DNA from: Pseudomonadota bacterium
GTDB taxonomy: Bacteria > Bdellovibrionota_B > Oligoflexia > Silvanigrellales > Silvanigrellaceae
Length of the DNA stretch: 64,000 bases
Reading direction: 5' to 3'
Assembly (NCBI GenBank): GCA_039799905.1
Contig: JBDLRP010000042.1
Location: forward strand, 1-64,000
Below the pieces are notes generated by a model. The model was not told the DNA's origin. It ran no database searches and saw only the letters and a list, made by a program, of their open reading frames with translations. Each line of letters opens with the position of its first letter. Positions within the stretch are counted from its first letter, which is position 1. The translations under genes and the position numbers were made by a program. Below are positions 39,582 through 49,684 of this stretch, piece by piece.

Positions 39582-39836
39582 TCATTCATCAATGATATGA
39601 AGTATGTAACGTTTGTTTAATTTTGCAGCACCGCAGTTGAGAATTGTGCGAATTGCATCGGCGGTGCGGCCGTTGCGCCCAATGACCTTACCCACATCCT
39701 CTTTGGCGACCTTAAGCTCAATCACGTTGGTCTGCGTTCCGGCGATTTCGTTGATCTCCACCCGTTCGCCGTTATCCACCAACGATTTCGCAATGTAATC
39801 GATGAGCTCCTTCATGCTGCCCATGCCCGCGTCCAT
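39582..39836 (-). CDS. khpA: KH-domain RNA-binding protein (KhpA/YlqC family)
   Basis: MKELIDYIAKSLVD and DVGKVIGRNGRTADAIRTIL (GxxG); start uncertain. Confidence 0.88.
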   Translation of the reverse strand: MDAGMGSMKELIDYIAKSLVDNGERVEINEIAGTQTNVIELKVAKEDVGKVIGRNGRTADAIRTILNCGAAKLNKRYILHIIDE

Positions 39837-40096
39837 CACATCCCACCTCATTTACAAAATACCAGTCAGAGCTACCCGATTCGAACTGGACTTAATTCGA
39901 GTCGGCACGCTTAAACACTAGGCCGTTGGGCCGATGCTGGCAAGAAAACATCGGTTGAAGGGCGGAGAATAGGAAAAGCCGACCCATTGAGCCCGAAAAG
40001 ACTTGAGGGCTTGTCAGATTCTTGACCCGTGTCAGCTCAATACAAACGCAGTTCTGGCGATACACGCAGGGAGTCCCTTTGCGCGAGGAGTCGAAC

Positions 40097-41767
40097 GTGG
40101 CTGACCAATTTGCACTCAAGAACAATCAGATTTTTGTTCTGGCCGAGGCCGCCGGGGGTGTCTACAACAGCGACCAGCTGAGAGTGCTGTGCGAAGTTGC
40201 CGACAATGAGTCTGCTTTTCTGAAGATCACCGAAGACCAGCGCATTGGCTTTATGGTTGATCCGCACAAACTTGCCGATGTTCAGGCTCACGTTCGTAAA
40301 AGCGGTCTGTTGCTGCGATCCTACAAATCGTCTGGTGTCCCTTCCCCGCGCGCCTGTTTGGGCGAATTGTGCACCTTTGCGCATCAGCCATCGCTTGGCG
40401 ACGCACTCGAATTGACGACTCATCTACTGAAATCGTTTCCGGCCCCGAAGCGTTATTCAAGTATCGGGATCAACGGCTGTCAAAGAGCATGTCTTGGATC
40501 GTCGACAGAAGACGTTCATGTTGTTGCCGAAGAAAGCGGATACAAAATTTCAATTGGAGGCAAGGGCTCCGACATTTCCCAGCAGGCGCAACTCATTTTG
40601 GAAAACGTTCCACGCACAGATCTGCCTCAGGTCATCGAAAAAATCCTCGCTGTCTTTTATCAAGAGAGTCAGGAGAATGAGCGTATTTTCGACGTGATTG
40701 AGCGCATCGGACTGACCCCGTTTTTAAATGCGCTTCCTGAACACCTGACACCGCACATTCAACAGCCATCTGAAATTCCGGCTGCAGGAGGCAATTTCGA
40801 GTCTAAAAGCGGCGAATCCGCCGAATCGGAAACACAACAAATCCCCGAAACTGGAACTGAAACGGTAGTTCAGGCGGACGCTTCCGTCGAGAATCTCGCT
40901 GTTGCTCTCGATGACCTTCTCGACAGCACAGACAGCGAGTTGGATTCATTGTCGGCGGCCGCACCGGCGCAGAGGGAAGATGATTCTGCGCAGGCAAATG
41001 ATGGACTCGCGGATTTGAATCTTGAGCCCATGCAGAATGAACCGGAAATTGGAGACGCGCTGACCAGTCCGAATTTGATTTCGGCAGAACCTCTGGCCGA
41101 CATTTCATTGCCGGAGAACGACGGTGAACAGATTGCCGATGGACTGGCCGGAGAACTCCTCGAAGTTGCAGACAGCGACCTCGAAGAAGGCTCACTTGAA
41201 GATGTCGAACGTGTCCGCGACGCGATTCGCACCGAACTGTCGATGTCGGCTGCGCCTGAACAAACCATCCGGCCGCACCAAACGGACTTGCTTGACGAGA
41301 TTTCTGACCCTGCATCCGAAGGTTCGGAATTCATAGAAATCGAATCATCCTCGTCAGAGGAAATACTAGAAACAGACGAAATCTCGGATTCGGGCGACGA
41401 TGAATTTGGGCTTCTTGCAAGCGACACAGCGGCAGACCTTGAACACCAAAAGCCACGCACACTCGCAGCCGAAACAAGCAGGCCCACATCACAGCCGAGC
41501 AGACGGGCAACACCTCTTCAGGCACAACCTCCGGTAGGTGGACGTCTCTCGATCCGCTTTGAGGGTGATCAACTGGCAGTTGAGCTTCCCTCGGGACTGA
41601 GCTTCGAGCTCCCGTTCGAGAGTGTCGGAGAGGACGGGCAGTTCGCAATGTCACTCCCTGATGGCGAACTTCGACTCTCACGCAACGGACATATGCTGGC
41701 CGTCAGCCTCGGGATGCTCAATCTCAAGATTCCAATTCCGGCAGCCATGGAGCGCCAGGTTGCCTGA
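40097..41767 (+). CDS. Nitrite/sulfite reductase 4Fe-4S half-domain fused to an acidic linker and an unknown C-terminal domain
   Basis: GAGGAG RBS and GTG; GG....QL, T.DQRI, ACLGELC, NGCQRAC, IGG.G and ERI...IERIG; then D/E/S-rich region. Confidence 0.75.
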   Translation: MADQFALKNNQIFVLAEAAGGVYNSDQLRVLCEVADNESAFLKITEDQRIGFMVDPHKLADVQAHVRKSGLLLRSYKSSGVPSPRACLGELCTFAHQPSLGDALELTTHLLKSFPAPKRYSSIGINGCQRACLGSSTEDVHVVAEESGYKISIGGKGSDISQQAQLILENVPRTDLPQVIEKILAVFYQESQENERIFDVIERIGLTPFLNALPEHLTPHIQQPSEIPAAGGNFESKSGESAESETQQIPETGTETVVQADASVENLAVALDDLLDSTDSELDSLSAAAPAQREDDSAQANDGLADLNLEPMQNEPEIGDALTSPNLISAEPLADISLPENDGEQIADGLAGELLEVADSDLEEGSLEDVERVRDAIRTELSMSAAPEQTIRPHQTDLLDEISDPASEGSEFIEIESSSSEEILETDEISDSGDDEFGLLASDTAADLEHQKPRTLAAETSRPTSQPSRRATPLQAQPPVGGRLSIRFEGDQLAVELPSGLSFELPFESVGEDGQFAMSLPDGELRLSRNGHMLAVSLGMLNLKIPIPAAMERQVA

Positions 41768-41778
41768 CCTGAAACGGA

Positions 41779-42924
41779 CTACTTGCCCGCAGGCAGTAGA
41801 ATTTGACCCTCGAGAAAATATTTCAACACTCGCTGATTGAGATCTCGCTCGATGGCATACTGCCGGCCCGGCTTTGTCTTGATTTTTGCGCGAAGCACGA
41901 CAGATGATTCCTTCAACGAATCGACACCCAGCAATTCGGGAGAGGAAATCACTTCATGCGGATATTCGCGCGCAATCGCCAAGACCTGTTCACCGAGAAT
42001 TTGCATGGCCCGCTCGACCTGCTCCCCATAGGCGACAGAAACCCGATAATCGACTTGCGAAAAACCTGAGGTCGCATTTTCGATTCGTTTGATTTCCCCG
42101 TTTGGAATCACAAGCAGAGATCCATCGGACAAACGCAGTTTGGTGCACCGGAGCGTGAGCGTTTCAACTGTGCCCGAACGTGAGTCGATGGTGATGACAT
42201 CACCGACCGCAAACTGATCTTCGAAGAGAATGAAGAATCCGGCCAACAAATCTCGCACAAGTGACTGTGCACCAAAACCGATAGCAACCGAAGCAACACC
42301 CGCGGTTGCAAGAATAGGCGCGACGCTCAGGCCGAGAATCTGCAGACTCATGAGCAGACAAATGACTAAAACTAACGCATTGACAACATAGCTCGACGTA
42401 GTGGTTAGTGTTTCCGCGCGCACTTTGCTGCGAGCATTTGTTAGAAGGGCACGACTCGCCATTCCACCATTGAGCAGCCCACGCATCGCTCCGTGAAGAA
42501 ACCGCGCCGTCCAGACACCACCAATTGCAACTACAACAATCTTGAGCAGAATATCGGCTCCCTGGCGAATCCACACGCCGAGGCGGCGCACATCGTCTGA
42601 CAATCGCGCAGGGTAAGAGCCGTCTCGCAGACTGTTTAAATAATCGGCAAGCTCGCCCAAGCCATATGAAATGAGATTGAGAAACCCAAGGCCAACCAAC
42701 AGCAATGCGAGGCTCTGAATGGAACGTTTCACTGGTTCGCCGTAACGGAGCCAGAACGGCTCTGCGGAGAGAGTTCGCTCAGCGGCCTGCAGACTGTCGT
42801 GCTGACGCTGCGCAAGTTGAATTTTTCTGTCGACCAGTGAGCGCAAAAGCACCGAGATCATCAACGCGAAGATGCCGAGTGCGAGCAGAGTGAGAAAAGG
42901 CACGGCTGCGACGTCCAGTGACAT
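41779..42924 (-). CDS. Small-conductance mechanosensitive channel (MscS family)
   Basis: AGVASVAIGFGAQSLVRD..AGFFI..EDQF.VGD, G.VE..TLR.T and IPNG. Confidence 0.92.
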   Translation of the reverse strand: MSLDVAAVPFLTLLALGIFALMISVLLRSLVDRKIQLAQRQHDSLQAAERTLSAEPFWLRYGEPVKRSIQSLALLLVGLGFLNLISYGLGELADYLNSLRDGSYPARLSDDVRRLGVWIRQGADILLKIVVVAIGGVWTARFLHGAMRGLLNGGMASRALLTNARSKVRAETLTTTSSYVVNALVLVICLLMSLQILGLSVAPILATAGVASVAIGFGAQSLVRDLLAGFFILFEDQFAVGDVITIDSRSGTVETLTLRCTKLRLSDGSLLVIPNGEIKRIENATSGFSQVDYRVSVAYGEQVERAMQILGEQVLAIAREYPHEVISSPELLGVDSLKESSVVLRAKIKTKPGRQYAIERDLNQRVLKYFLEGQILLPAGK

Positions 42925-42961
42925 GATCTAAGTATCCCGCAGTGAGTCAATTATCAGGAAA

Positions 42962-43630
42962 TCAAGAACTCGCCGTTTCATCGGTCAGCTGCTGAGCCCG
43001 CGCTGCAGCACGCAGTCGATACCACTTGATAGCGATTGGCATGACAGAAACGATGACTATTCCGACGACGATCACATGAATGTAGTCTTTGATGCCGGGG
43101 ACAGACTGACCAAGCAGGTAACCAGCAAATAGCAACGACCAAATCCAAACAAACGCACCCACGACGTTGTACAACGCAAAACTGCGGTAAGGCATCCCAG
43201 CCACTCCTGCGACCGTGGGTGCAAACGTGCGGATGATGGGAATAAAGCGTGCCAGAATGATTGTTTTACCACCATGCTTATCGTAAAAATCGCGCGTTTG
43301 ATCGAGATGTGAGCGTTTGAAGAGCATAGAATCCGGCCTATCATAAAGCTTTGTCCCGAGCTTCTTGCCGATCCAATAGCCTGTTGCATCGCCTATGATG
43401 GCTGCGGCGGTCAGCAACCAGACCAACGGCCAGATCTCCATGTGCCCGCCAGCAGCGAACAGTCCCGCCGAGAAGAGCAAAGAGTCCCCTGGCAAAAAGA
43501 AACCAATCAACAAACCTGTTTCGGCGAAGATTATCGCCGTCAACCCAACCATCCCCGCGCTCGCAATCAGTGTTTGCGGAGCCTTGAGATATGTCAGCAT
43601 CGTTTGCAGCAATTCAGAGAAAGTTTCCAT
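42962..43630 (-). CDS. DedA/VTT family membrane protein
   Basis: FAETGLLIGFFLPGDSLL, IGD..GY and ARFIPIIRT. Confidence 0.93.
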   Translation of the reverse strand: METFSELLQTMLTYLKAPQTLIASAGMVGLTAIIFAETGLLIGFFLPGDSLLFSAGLFAAGGHMEIWPLVWLLTAAAIIGDATGYWIGKKLGTKLYDRPDSMLFKRSHLDQTRDFYDKHGGKTIILARFIPIIRTFAPTVAGVAGMPYRSFALYNVVGAFVWIWSLLFAGYLLGQSVPGIKDYIHVIVVGIVIVSVMPIAIKWYRLRAAARAQQLTDETASS

Positions 43631-43721
43631 GCAGATTCTCCGCGTTTCAAGTATGAGCACAAGGTAAGAGGGAACAAGCGCGCACCTTTGGCAAGCGCTC
43701 TACTGTAACGGTTTGGCGGGC

Positions 43722-44909
43722 TTAGAGCAAGAATGCAACATTCAAGCCAAGGGTCGAATAGAGTTCGGCCAAGCCGCCCTCGTTTTTGCCATCGGGAAAC
43801 AGCGCGCGACCAGAGAAACTCTCCACTGCGAGATCAAGTCCGACCTGCAGCTTTGCAAACAGATAGTTGAAACTCGTGTCGATGAGAAAGATGCGTGGTG
43901 CAGTCACAGAGCCCGTCGCACTCGGACCATTCAGCGCCGCGTCAGGCAAACGGTTGTCAATAACATAGGTGGGTGCCAAAAGCGTGCCTGCATTCAATCG
44001 GACACGAAATGTATCAACCGGCTGAAATTGAAGCCCGCCAAGAAAATAAAAACCGCCCAGATTCAAATCGCGCAGCGGGGACAATTCAAATGGCTTGCTC
44101 TCGTTCTCGGGCGTCTGAACGAACTTCGAGATGCTGCTCGTCAGACGGTGATAATAATACCCCGTGCGGCTGTCCAAAAATAAGCGACCTTTCCACAGAG
44201 GAACACGCGCAAGCACTCCACCACGCCACGTCAAGCGGCTCAGTCCCAGGTCCAGTCCCACCTCCTGACCCGACGTCAGAGATGGAGCTGTGACACGGAC
44301 ATCAGTGAGAGAAGTCACATAGCGAAATCCGCCCTCAAGACCAAAAATGCTCTTCCAATTGACCACTGAAGGGCTACGTGGCGGCAGCGTGAACGAAAAC
44401 GGAAAGACATCGGCGGACATCCCAAAGGACTGCAGGACGAGAGGATACGATTCGATGGTCGTCGCGCGCGAAGTGCCTTTCAAGGCAGAAGAAACGATAC
44501 CCCCGCCCGCAGCAATGACAGTGCGGATCATGGGAGGTGGACCACTGCGACGACCTACACGACTGACAGGCTCATTCGACTTTGCAACAATGAAGCCGCC
44601 TAAAAATCGCCGGCAATCCGAGCGGGAATCCACCACACGCGCTGTGACGCGATTTTCCAGAAACTTCAAGAGGACGACTTGCCCAATCACGTTGCCGGAT
44701 GAGGCACCGCTGCCCTTCCGAACAACATTCACGACGTCGCCGATGTTGGCGTCGACGCTGCCACGAATTAAAAGTTTACAACGTGCTTCGCGAATGACCT
44801 GACCATTGAGATTGGCATTTGCAGGAAAACAATAACCACACAGCGCGAGAAGAACCGCAGTCGCACGCAGCAATCTGCCGAGCGCTGCACGGTACTTTAC
44901 AAACTTCAC
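43722..44909 (-). CDS. Exported protein: small beta domain plus probable outer-membrane barrel
   Basis: GTGA overlap with the upstream stop; signal peptide (ANA); amphipathic strands ending LGLNVAFLL. Confidence 0.68.
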   Translation of the reverse strand: MKFVKYRAALGRLLRATAVLLALCGYCFPANANLNGQVIREARCKLLIRGSVDANIGDVVNVVRKGSGASSGNVIGQVVLLKFLENRVTARVVDSRSDCRRFLGGFIVAKSNEPVSRVGRRSGPPPMIRTVIAAGGGIVSSALKGTSRATTIESYPLVLQSFGMSADVFPFSFTLPPRSPSVVNWKSIFGLEGGFRYVTSLTDVRVTAPSLTSGQEVGLDLGLSRLTWRGGVLARVPLWKGRLFLDSRTGYYYHRLTSSISKFVQTPENESKPFELSPLRDLNLGGFYFLGGLQFQPVDTFRVRLNAGTLLAPTYVIDNRLPDAALNGPSATGSVTAPRIFLIDTSFNYLFAKLQVGLDLAVESFSGRALFPDGKNEGGLAELYSTLGLNVAFLL

Positions 44910-46627
44910 TCTGCGGCACCCAACTTCCAAGTCACACCAAGCAGCCATTCGGTCCAGCGGTCTCCATCATTGATATACCGCCACTGCACGCCCAGTTCAC
45001 GCGGAGCGGGCGCACCGGGGTGAACATCGATGGCCGCCTCGAATGCAAATGCGCCAGCAAGCAGTCCGGTGAGCGACTGTTTATATTCAATTCCCAATCC
45101 CCAACCACCTTCCAAAGCGCGGTCGGTCGAGAGCGTTCCGAACAACTCGAAGGCGTCGAACGTTTTTTTACTCTTCTCAGTTTTAACTGAACCGGTGCTG
45201 TATTGTGCCTCGCCACCCCAATTGATAGGGAACTCGGGAATCTGAAGAGTGCTTGCAGGAGCGCTGCCTCCACCCTTAAAGCTGAATCTGCTGCCATCAA
45301 TAGGACCAGAAAATGCAGCATACTCGGCACCGTAACGAATATTCCATTCGCCTGCGTAACGGAAACCGTCTTGCAGGGAAAAGGTGTTGAGCAGATAATC
45401 CGGCAATGTCGAGACAACCGGCCCCTTGCTCAATTCAAGTGTGCCGTTTGAAGCGGCGGCTGCAATCTTCATCGTCGAAAAGAAGGTATCGTTGTCGCGC
45501 TTAAAAGACGGCATCGGAAAAGAACTCGGCGCAGCCATCGCGACCGATGGAGCGGAGCGCAGAGCCTCGGAGTCTTTCGACGCTGCCGCAGCCCCAGCTG
45601 ACTTTTGCATACCCGGAGCAGTTGCAGGCGAAACCAACGATTCGCGAGGGGTGAATCCAGCAGCACCGGCATCAGCCCGAGTTGCAGAATTTGAAACCGG
45701 CTTCCAAACACCCGACGCTACGCTGGCTGAATCATTTGAATCACGCCAGACGAGAAGTTGAAACTTGCGATCAGTGCCGCTGCCGTAGGCTGATTCCGCC
45801 TGTTTGATGAGATCAGGATCAAGGGACACCTTTCTCGCTAGCGAAGCGCCCTGCTTCACATCCACAACCTCGATTTCATAAAGTGCGTGACGCTGGTACC
45901 GGAGAACTTCGCCGGTTTGAGGATGCGCCGCCGACTGAACAACGAGTCCCGCCTTCAAGCGCTGACCCACGACCAATCCGCGTTCACTGCCAAAATCAAT
46001 TCCGAACATTTCGGGGTTTTCAAAAACAACGCGGCCGTCGTGTCCAATGGTTTCAGACAAACGTCCGACCGCCTGTGCAAAACCGTTTGCCAGTGTCTCC
46101 CAATCGGCACCGTAAGGTAACAAAACGTCCTCGCGCGCTATGACAGGCTTGAGTTGAGAACCCATCATCGTCAAGCGGATTGCCGTGTGATCGGCGGTAA
46201 AATACACATCCGCCTTGAGCCAACCGTCCAAATCGTATTCACTGACCAACTGAGAACGCTGAAATGAAGACATTTCGCCGCCCGACTGTGAACGCCCGGA
46301 AACGGCTTCCGAAGGGATGGCGTCCATGGTCCAAAACCGACCCGAAGCATCTGCGACTGCCTTCAGCGCTGTGTTGAATTTCTGCGCAAAGTCGTCTGCT
46401 GCAAGCGGCTGAGCAAGTATTCCACGGAGAATAGTTTGATCGGAGAGTGTGCGGCGCGCATCAGCCACGTTCTGCACAACGGGCAGAAGTCCCAAACGCC
46501 TGACGGGTTGCATTGCAGGGCGCCGGTCAAAGCGCGATTTGTCTGAGAAGGCGCGCGCCACCGAGGGCTCTGCAAGCTGCACGACAGCTGCCGCTGCGCA
46601 CAGCAAAACGAGTTTCGATTTCATCAT
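44906..46627 (-). CDS. Exported protein: FlgT-like domains plus probable C-terminal barrel
   Basis: Signal peptide (ARA); IDFGSERGLVVGQRL motif; terminal strand WLLGVTWKL. Confidence 0.68.
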   Translation of the reverse strand: MMKSKLVLLCAAAAVVQLAEPSVARAFSDKSRFDRRPAMQPVRRLGLLPVVQNVADARRTLSDQTILRGILAQPLAADDFAQKFNTALKAVADASGRFWTMDAIPSEAVSGRSQSGGEMSSFQRSQLVSEYDLDGWLKADVYFTADHTAIRLTMMGSQLKPVIAREDVLLPYGADWETLANGFAQAVGRLSETIGHDGRVVFENPEMFGIDFGSERGLVVGQRLKAGLVVQSAAHPQTGEVLRYQRHALYEIEVVDVKQGASLARKVSLDPDLIKQAESAYGSGTDRKFQLLVWRDSNDSASVASGVWKPVSNSATRADAGAAGFTPRESLVSPATAPGMQKSAGAAAASKDSEALRSAPSVAMAAPSSFPMPSFKRDNDTFFSTMKIAAAASNGTLELSKGPVVSTLPDYLLNTFSLQDGFRYAGEWNIRYGAEYAAFSGPIDGSRFSFKGGGSAPASTLQIPEFPINWGGEAQYSTGSVKTEKSKKTFDAFELFGTLSTDRALEGGWGLGIEYKQSLTGLLAGAFAFEAAIDVHPGAPAPRELGVQWRYINDGDRWTEWLLGVTWKLGAAE

Positions 46628-46748
46628 TGCAGCTCCTCTTGTTCCTCGAATTTTACTAAGAAATTAACATTCATCCATATCAATCCGCTATTTTGACGGG
46701 CCGACGCAAAATTGGCAGGATGATAGAAATGTCTCCGGAGAACCCGCT

Positions 46749-47390
46749 TTGAAAGTTGGTAAGGCCATAAGACGGTTGCTCACCGTGACTGCTCTTTCTG
46801 TTATTGGTTTAGTATTATTAACCAATCTTATAATTATTGTTAAATTACCAATCTTCGCAAAGCCTGTGCTGCCTGAATTCTCCTCAAACACGGACCCAAA
46901 CCAACGCCCCACCGTTATCGTGCTTGGAGCAGGTGTCCGCCGCAGGGAGCTTTCGGGAATGTTGCGCTGCCGTATGCTCAAGGCCATTGAATTGTACAAC
47001 AACCAACGCTCGACACGCGTGCTGCTCTCGGGCGACGGCACCGATCCGCACTACAACGAGACCACGGCGATGCGAAAATTTGCTCTGCAAAATGGAATCA
47101 ACGCCGATGCTCTGCTGACCGACCCTTTGGGCTTTTCAACTTATGATTCCCTGCGCAGGGCAATCGAGGTGTTCGGCATTCGTTCGGCAATGATTGTCAG
47201 TCAGGACTTTCACCTGCAGCGTGCTATTTGGCTGGCAAACAGTTTTGGAATTCAGGCAAGCGGGGAATCGTGTGATTCTAAAAGTTCTTCCTACTTCTAC
47301 GATTTCCGCGAAATTCTTGCCCGCTGCAAAGACGTTTTTCTGCGCTGGTTCGACTTCGCTCCGCGCAGCAATCGGGAAGAAATATTCTAA
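46749..47390 (+). CDS. SanA/YdcF (DUF218) family protein
   Basis: IVLGAG, LSGD...YNE..AM, D..GFSTYDS, SQDFHL.RA and RE.LAR.K. Confidence 0.9.
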   Translation: MKVGKAIRRLLTVTALSVIGLVLLTNLIIIVKLPIFAKPVLPEFSSNTDPNQRPTVIVLGAGVRRRELSGMLRCRMLKAIELYNNQRSTRVLLSGDGTDPHYNETTAMRKFALQNGINADALLTDPLGFSTYDSLRRAIEVFGIRSAMIVSQDFHLQRAIWLANSFGIQASGESCDSKSSSYFYDFREILARCKDVFLRWFDFAPRSNREEIF

Positions 47391-47395
47391 CTGGA

Positions 47396-49498
47396 TTAAA
47401 GAGCTTTTCCGCGCGTCAATGCATTACGCAACGTGCCGGCTTTGACGATTCCCTTGCGCGATGTGTCCCTGAGATAGGCCTCGCGACTGATTTTGACCGC
47501 CCGAACCACGTCGGGCAGCACTTCGGTCGAACGATTTTTTGAATTCCAATGTGTGATGCGCGCTTTCACATTTTTTCCGTCGGCGGCTTCGGTCACAACA
47601 GCAAGCGCAGCCAGTTCAGTGAGTCGGGCACCATCGTCGAAAGCCTCTCCCTGCTGATAGAACGCAATCGGCATATCAGCTTTCAGACCAAACTGCCGCC
47701 CGCCGGTAAAGGAAAGCGTCACGACCTGTTCCTTCTGCTGAACAAGCGAGGCTTCAAAAGGAAGCGACTCAATCAGCGCATCAAAGGACTTGCGCGCCTG
47801 ACTTTCAGGAGCCACCGAACGGGCCGCGTCGTGAAGTCCTTTTTGCTCAAAAAACTCTCTCCCCAGTGAATCAATCGCCGATAATTTAACAGTCCCATTC
47901 TGCTCGTCGTAATTCAGCGAAAGCAGCAGATCCCACTCACCATCGAGATGAGTTCCGCTCCAGCCCCGCGAAACGACTTCAGACAAACTTTCACCGGCCG
48001 CGGCAATGCGCGATTCCGACTCGGCAGAAACAACAGTCCTCACAGTCTGCAACTGCATCAGACGCGCGATGAAATCACGCCGCCAGCGGCGCACATCAGG
48101 ATGCTTGACGACACCCTGAAAACTTCGGCCCGATGAACGCTCAACTATCGCCAAGGCAGGCAAATACGTTTGTTCCTGAGAAACAAAATAAGTGAGCGGT
48201 TCGGCATTTGCAGATTTTGCATCGTCCGGAGAGACGGCAAATTCATTGGGCCGCGCGCCGCGCACGCGGACGGCGGAGACGAACTGCGAGGGTGTTTTCG
48301 TATTGTTGTAAATTGCGAAACCGTCGGCAGCCGAAACTGCCAACTTACTCAAAGGAGAAAAGAGTTCAAAGTGCTCAACCTTACGCAACACTCCATAAGC
48401 TTCCTGCTGAACCAAAACCCCGTGGCCGCTGCCGCTTTGCAAATCGACACGCACCGTCCCCGCGCCCGTTTGTCCGTTTAAATTGACCGCGAAAGACTTT
48501 GGCGCGCAGCAGGGATGAAAAACGGTGAGACTCTCACCAATAAACTCGCGCGGAATACGCGTCTCGAATGTGCCATCAGCAGCCGTGTCACCGAGTTCCC
48601 GCACGCGGTTGTCGCGCAGACGGCTCATGAATATCTTTGCTGCTGGCAAACTCTTCCCTTCATGATTCGCAACAACCTTCAAGACAAAGCGATTGAGCAT
48701 CGTGTTCGGACTGACACTGTTTGACGGTTCAGCGCCAACACTCTGTGACGGAGCTGCTTTCAAGACACTTTCAGTGAGTGCAGGTGCAACTGGCGTTTGT
48801 TCAGTTTGCTCGCGCTGCTTCCATGGCCCGGCAGTCTGCATACGAACTCGCGGAGGAGCCGCATCAAGGCCATCGAGCGCACAGAAGCGATCAGTAAATC
48901 CGCTTATATTGCAACTCAAATACGCGCGCATTTGCTGAGGGCTTGTGGCAAAGAGTTCGCTTGGTGCACTTTCATCGCGCTGCGGTGCAGACGTCTCATC
49001 GCTGGCCGCGAGGGTTTCTTCACGCAGTGACGGCGCATCACCGCCCGCAATCTCGGCAGGCGCGCCTGCCTGCTGATCTCCAACCGGAACATCGATTGGT
49101 GAACGCAATTCAGAGCCGCCTGCTGTGTCCAGCGGTCCATCTTTGACAATCGGCAATAGAACATCGAGCTGGGTGGTTTTTTTGAACGGATTCCAGCTCA
49201 CGTTTGCGCGCAAAGTCTGCGATAAATGCAATCGTTCAAGCGAAGGGTCAGACACTGTTACCAACGAGTCGTCAAGCTCATAGCGGCGTCCGCCCAGCCG
49301 CACCACTCCGGCTGCGTCGGTCAACAAGACGTCCTGATCATCCAGAGCGACCCACACGCCCGCAATCGGACCTTCGCTGTCGACGACACGGACCTGCAGG
49401 GTGTGAGGCATGAGCGCAACCTTCGCGCCAACGCCAGCAACGACGGTAAAAATTCCAGCCGTTCCGCCCAGTAACCACATCAGCCTAGACTGATTCAT
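47396..49498 (-). CDS. Large membrane-anchored/exported hypothetical protein
   Basis: Likely start is ATG 49498 (the longer track ORF runs antisense into gltX); N-terminal TM, two carboxypeptidase-regulatory-like beta domains and a FlgT-C-like tail. Confidence 0.7.
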   Translation of the reverse strand: MNQSRLMWLLGGTAGIFTVVAGVGAKVALMPHTLQVRVVDSEGPIAGVWVALDDQDVLLTDAAGVVRLGGRRYELDDSLVTVSDPSLERLHLSQTLRANVSWNPFKKTTQLDVLLPIVKDGPLDTAGGSELRSPIDVPVGDQQAGAPAEIAGGDAPSLREETLAASDETSAPQRDESAPSELFATSPQQMRAYLSCNISGFTDRFCALDGLDAAPPRVRMQTAGPWKQREQTEQTPVAPALTESVLKAAPSQSVGAEPSNSVSPNTMLNRFVLKVVANHEGKSLPAAKIFMSRLRDNRVRELGDTAADGTFETRIPREFIGESLTVFHPCCAPKSFAVNLNGQTGAGTVRVDLQSGSGHGVLVQQEAYGVLRKVEHFELFSPLSKLAVSAADGFAIYNNTKTPSQFVSAVRVRGARPNEFAVSPDDAKSANAEPLTYFVSQEQTYLPALAIVERSSGRSFQGVVKHPDVRRWRRDFIARLMQLQTVRTVVSAESESRIAAAGESLSEVVSRGWSGTHLDGEWDLLLSLNYDEQNGTVKLSAIDSLGREFFEQKGLHDAARSVAPESQARKSFDALIESLPFEASLVQQKEQVVTLSFTGGRQFGLKADMPIAFYQQGEAFDDGARLTELAALAVVTEAADGKNVKARITHWNSKNRSTEVLPDVVRAVKISREAYLRDTSRKGIVKAGTLRNALTRGKAL

Positions 49499-49684
49499 CC
49501 GGACGCGCCCCCTCAGTTTGAACCGAACCGCGGCAGCGGACCAGTCGATGCTCTGATTGTACGCGATCACGCATCGCAATGGGTTACAGGTGTGGCATTC
49601 ATGACTCCTGCCCGCTCGCGTTGCCAAAGCGCTCTGAAGCGTGCAATAGTTCAGCTTTCTTATGATTTTATTGCCGAGGAAAGC

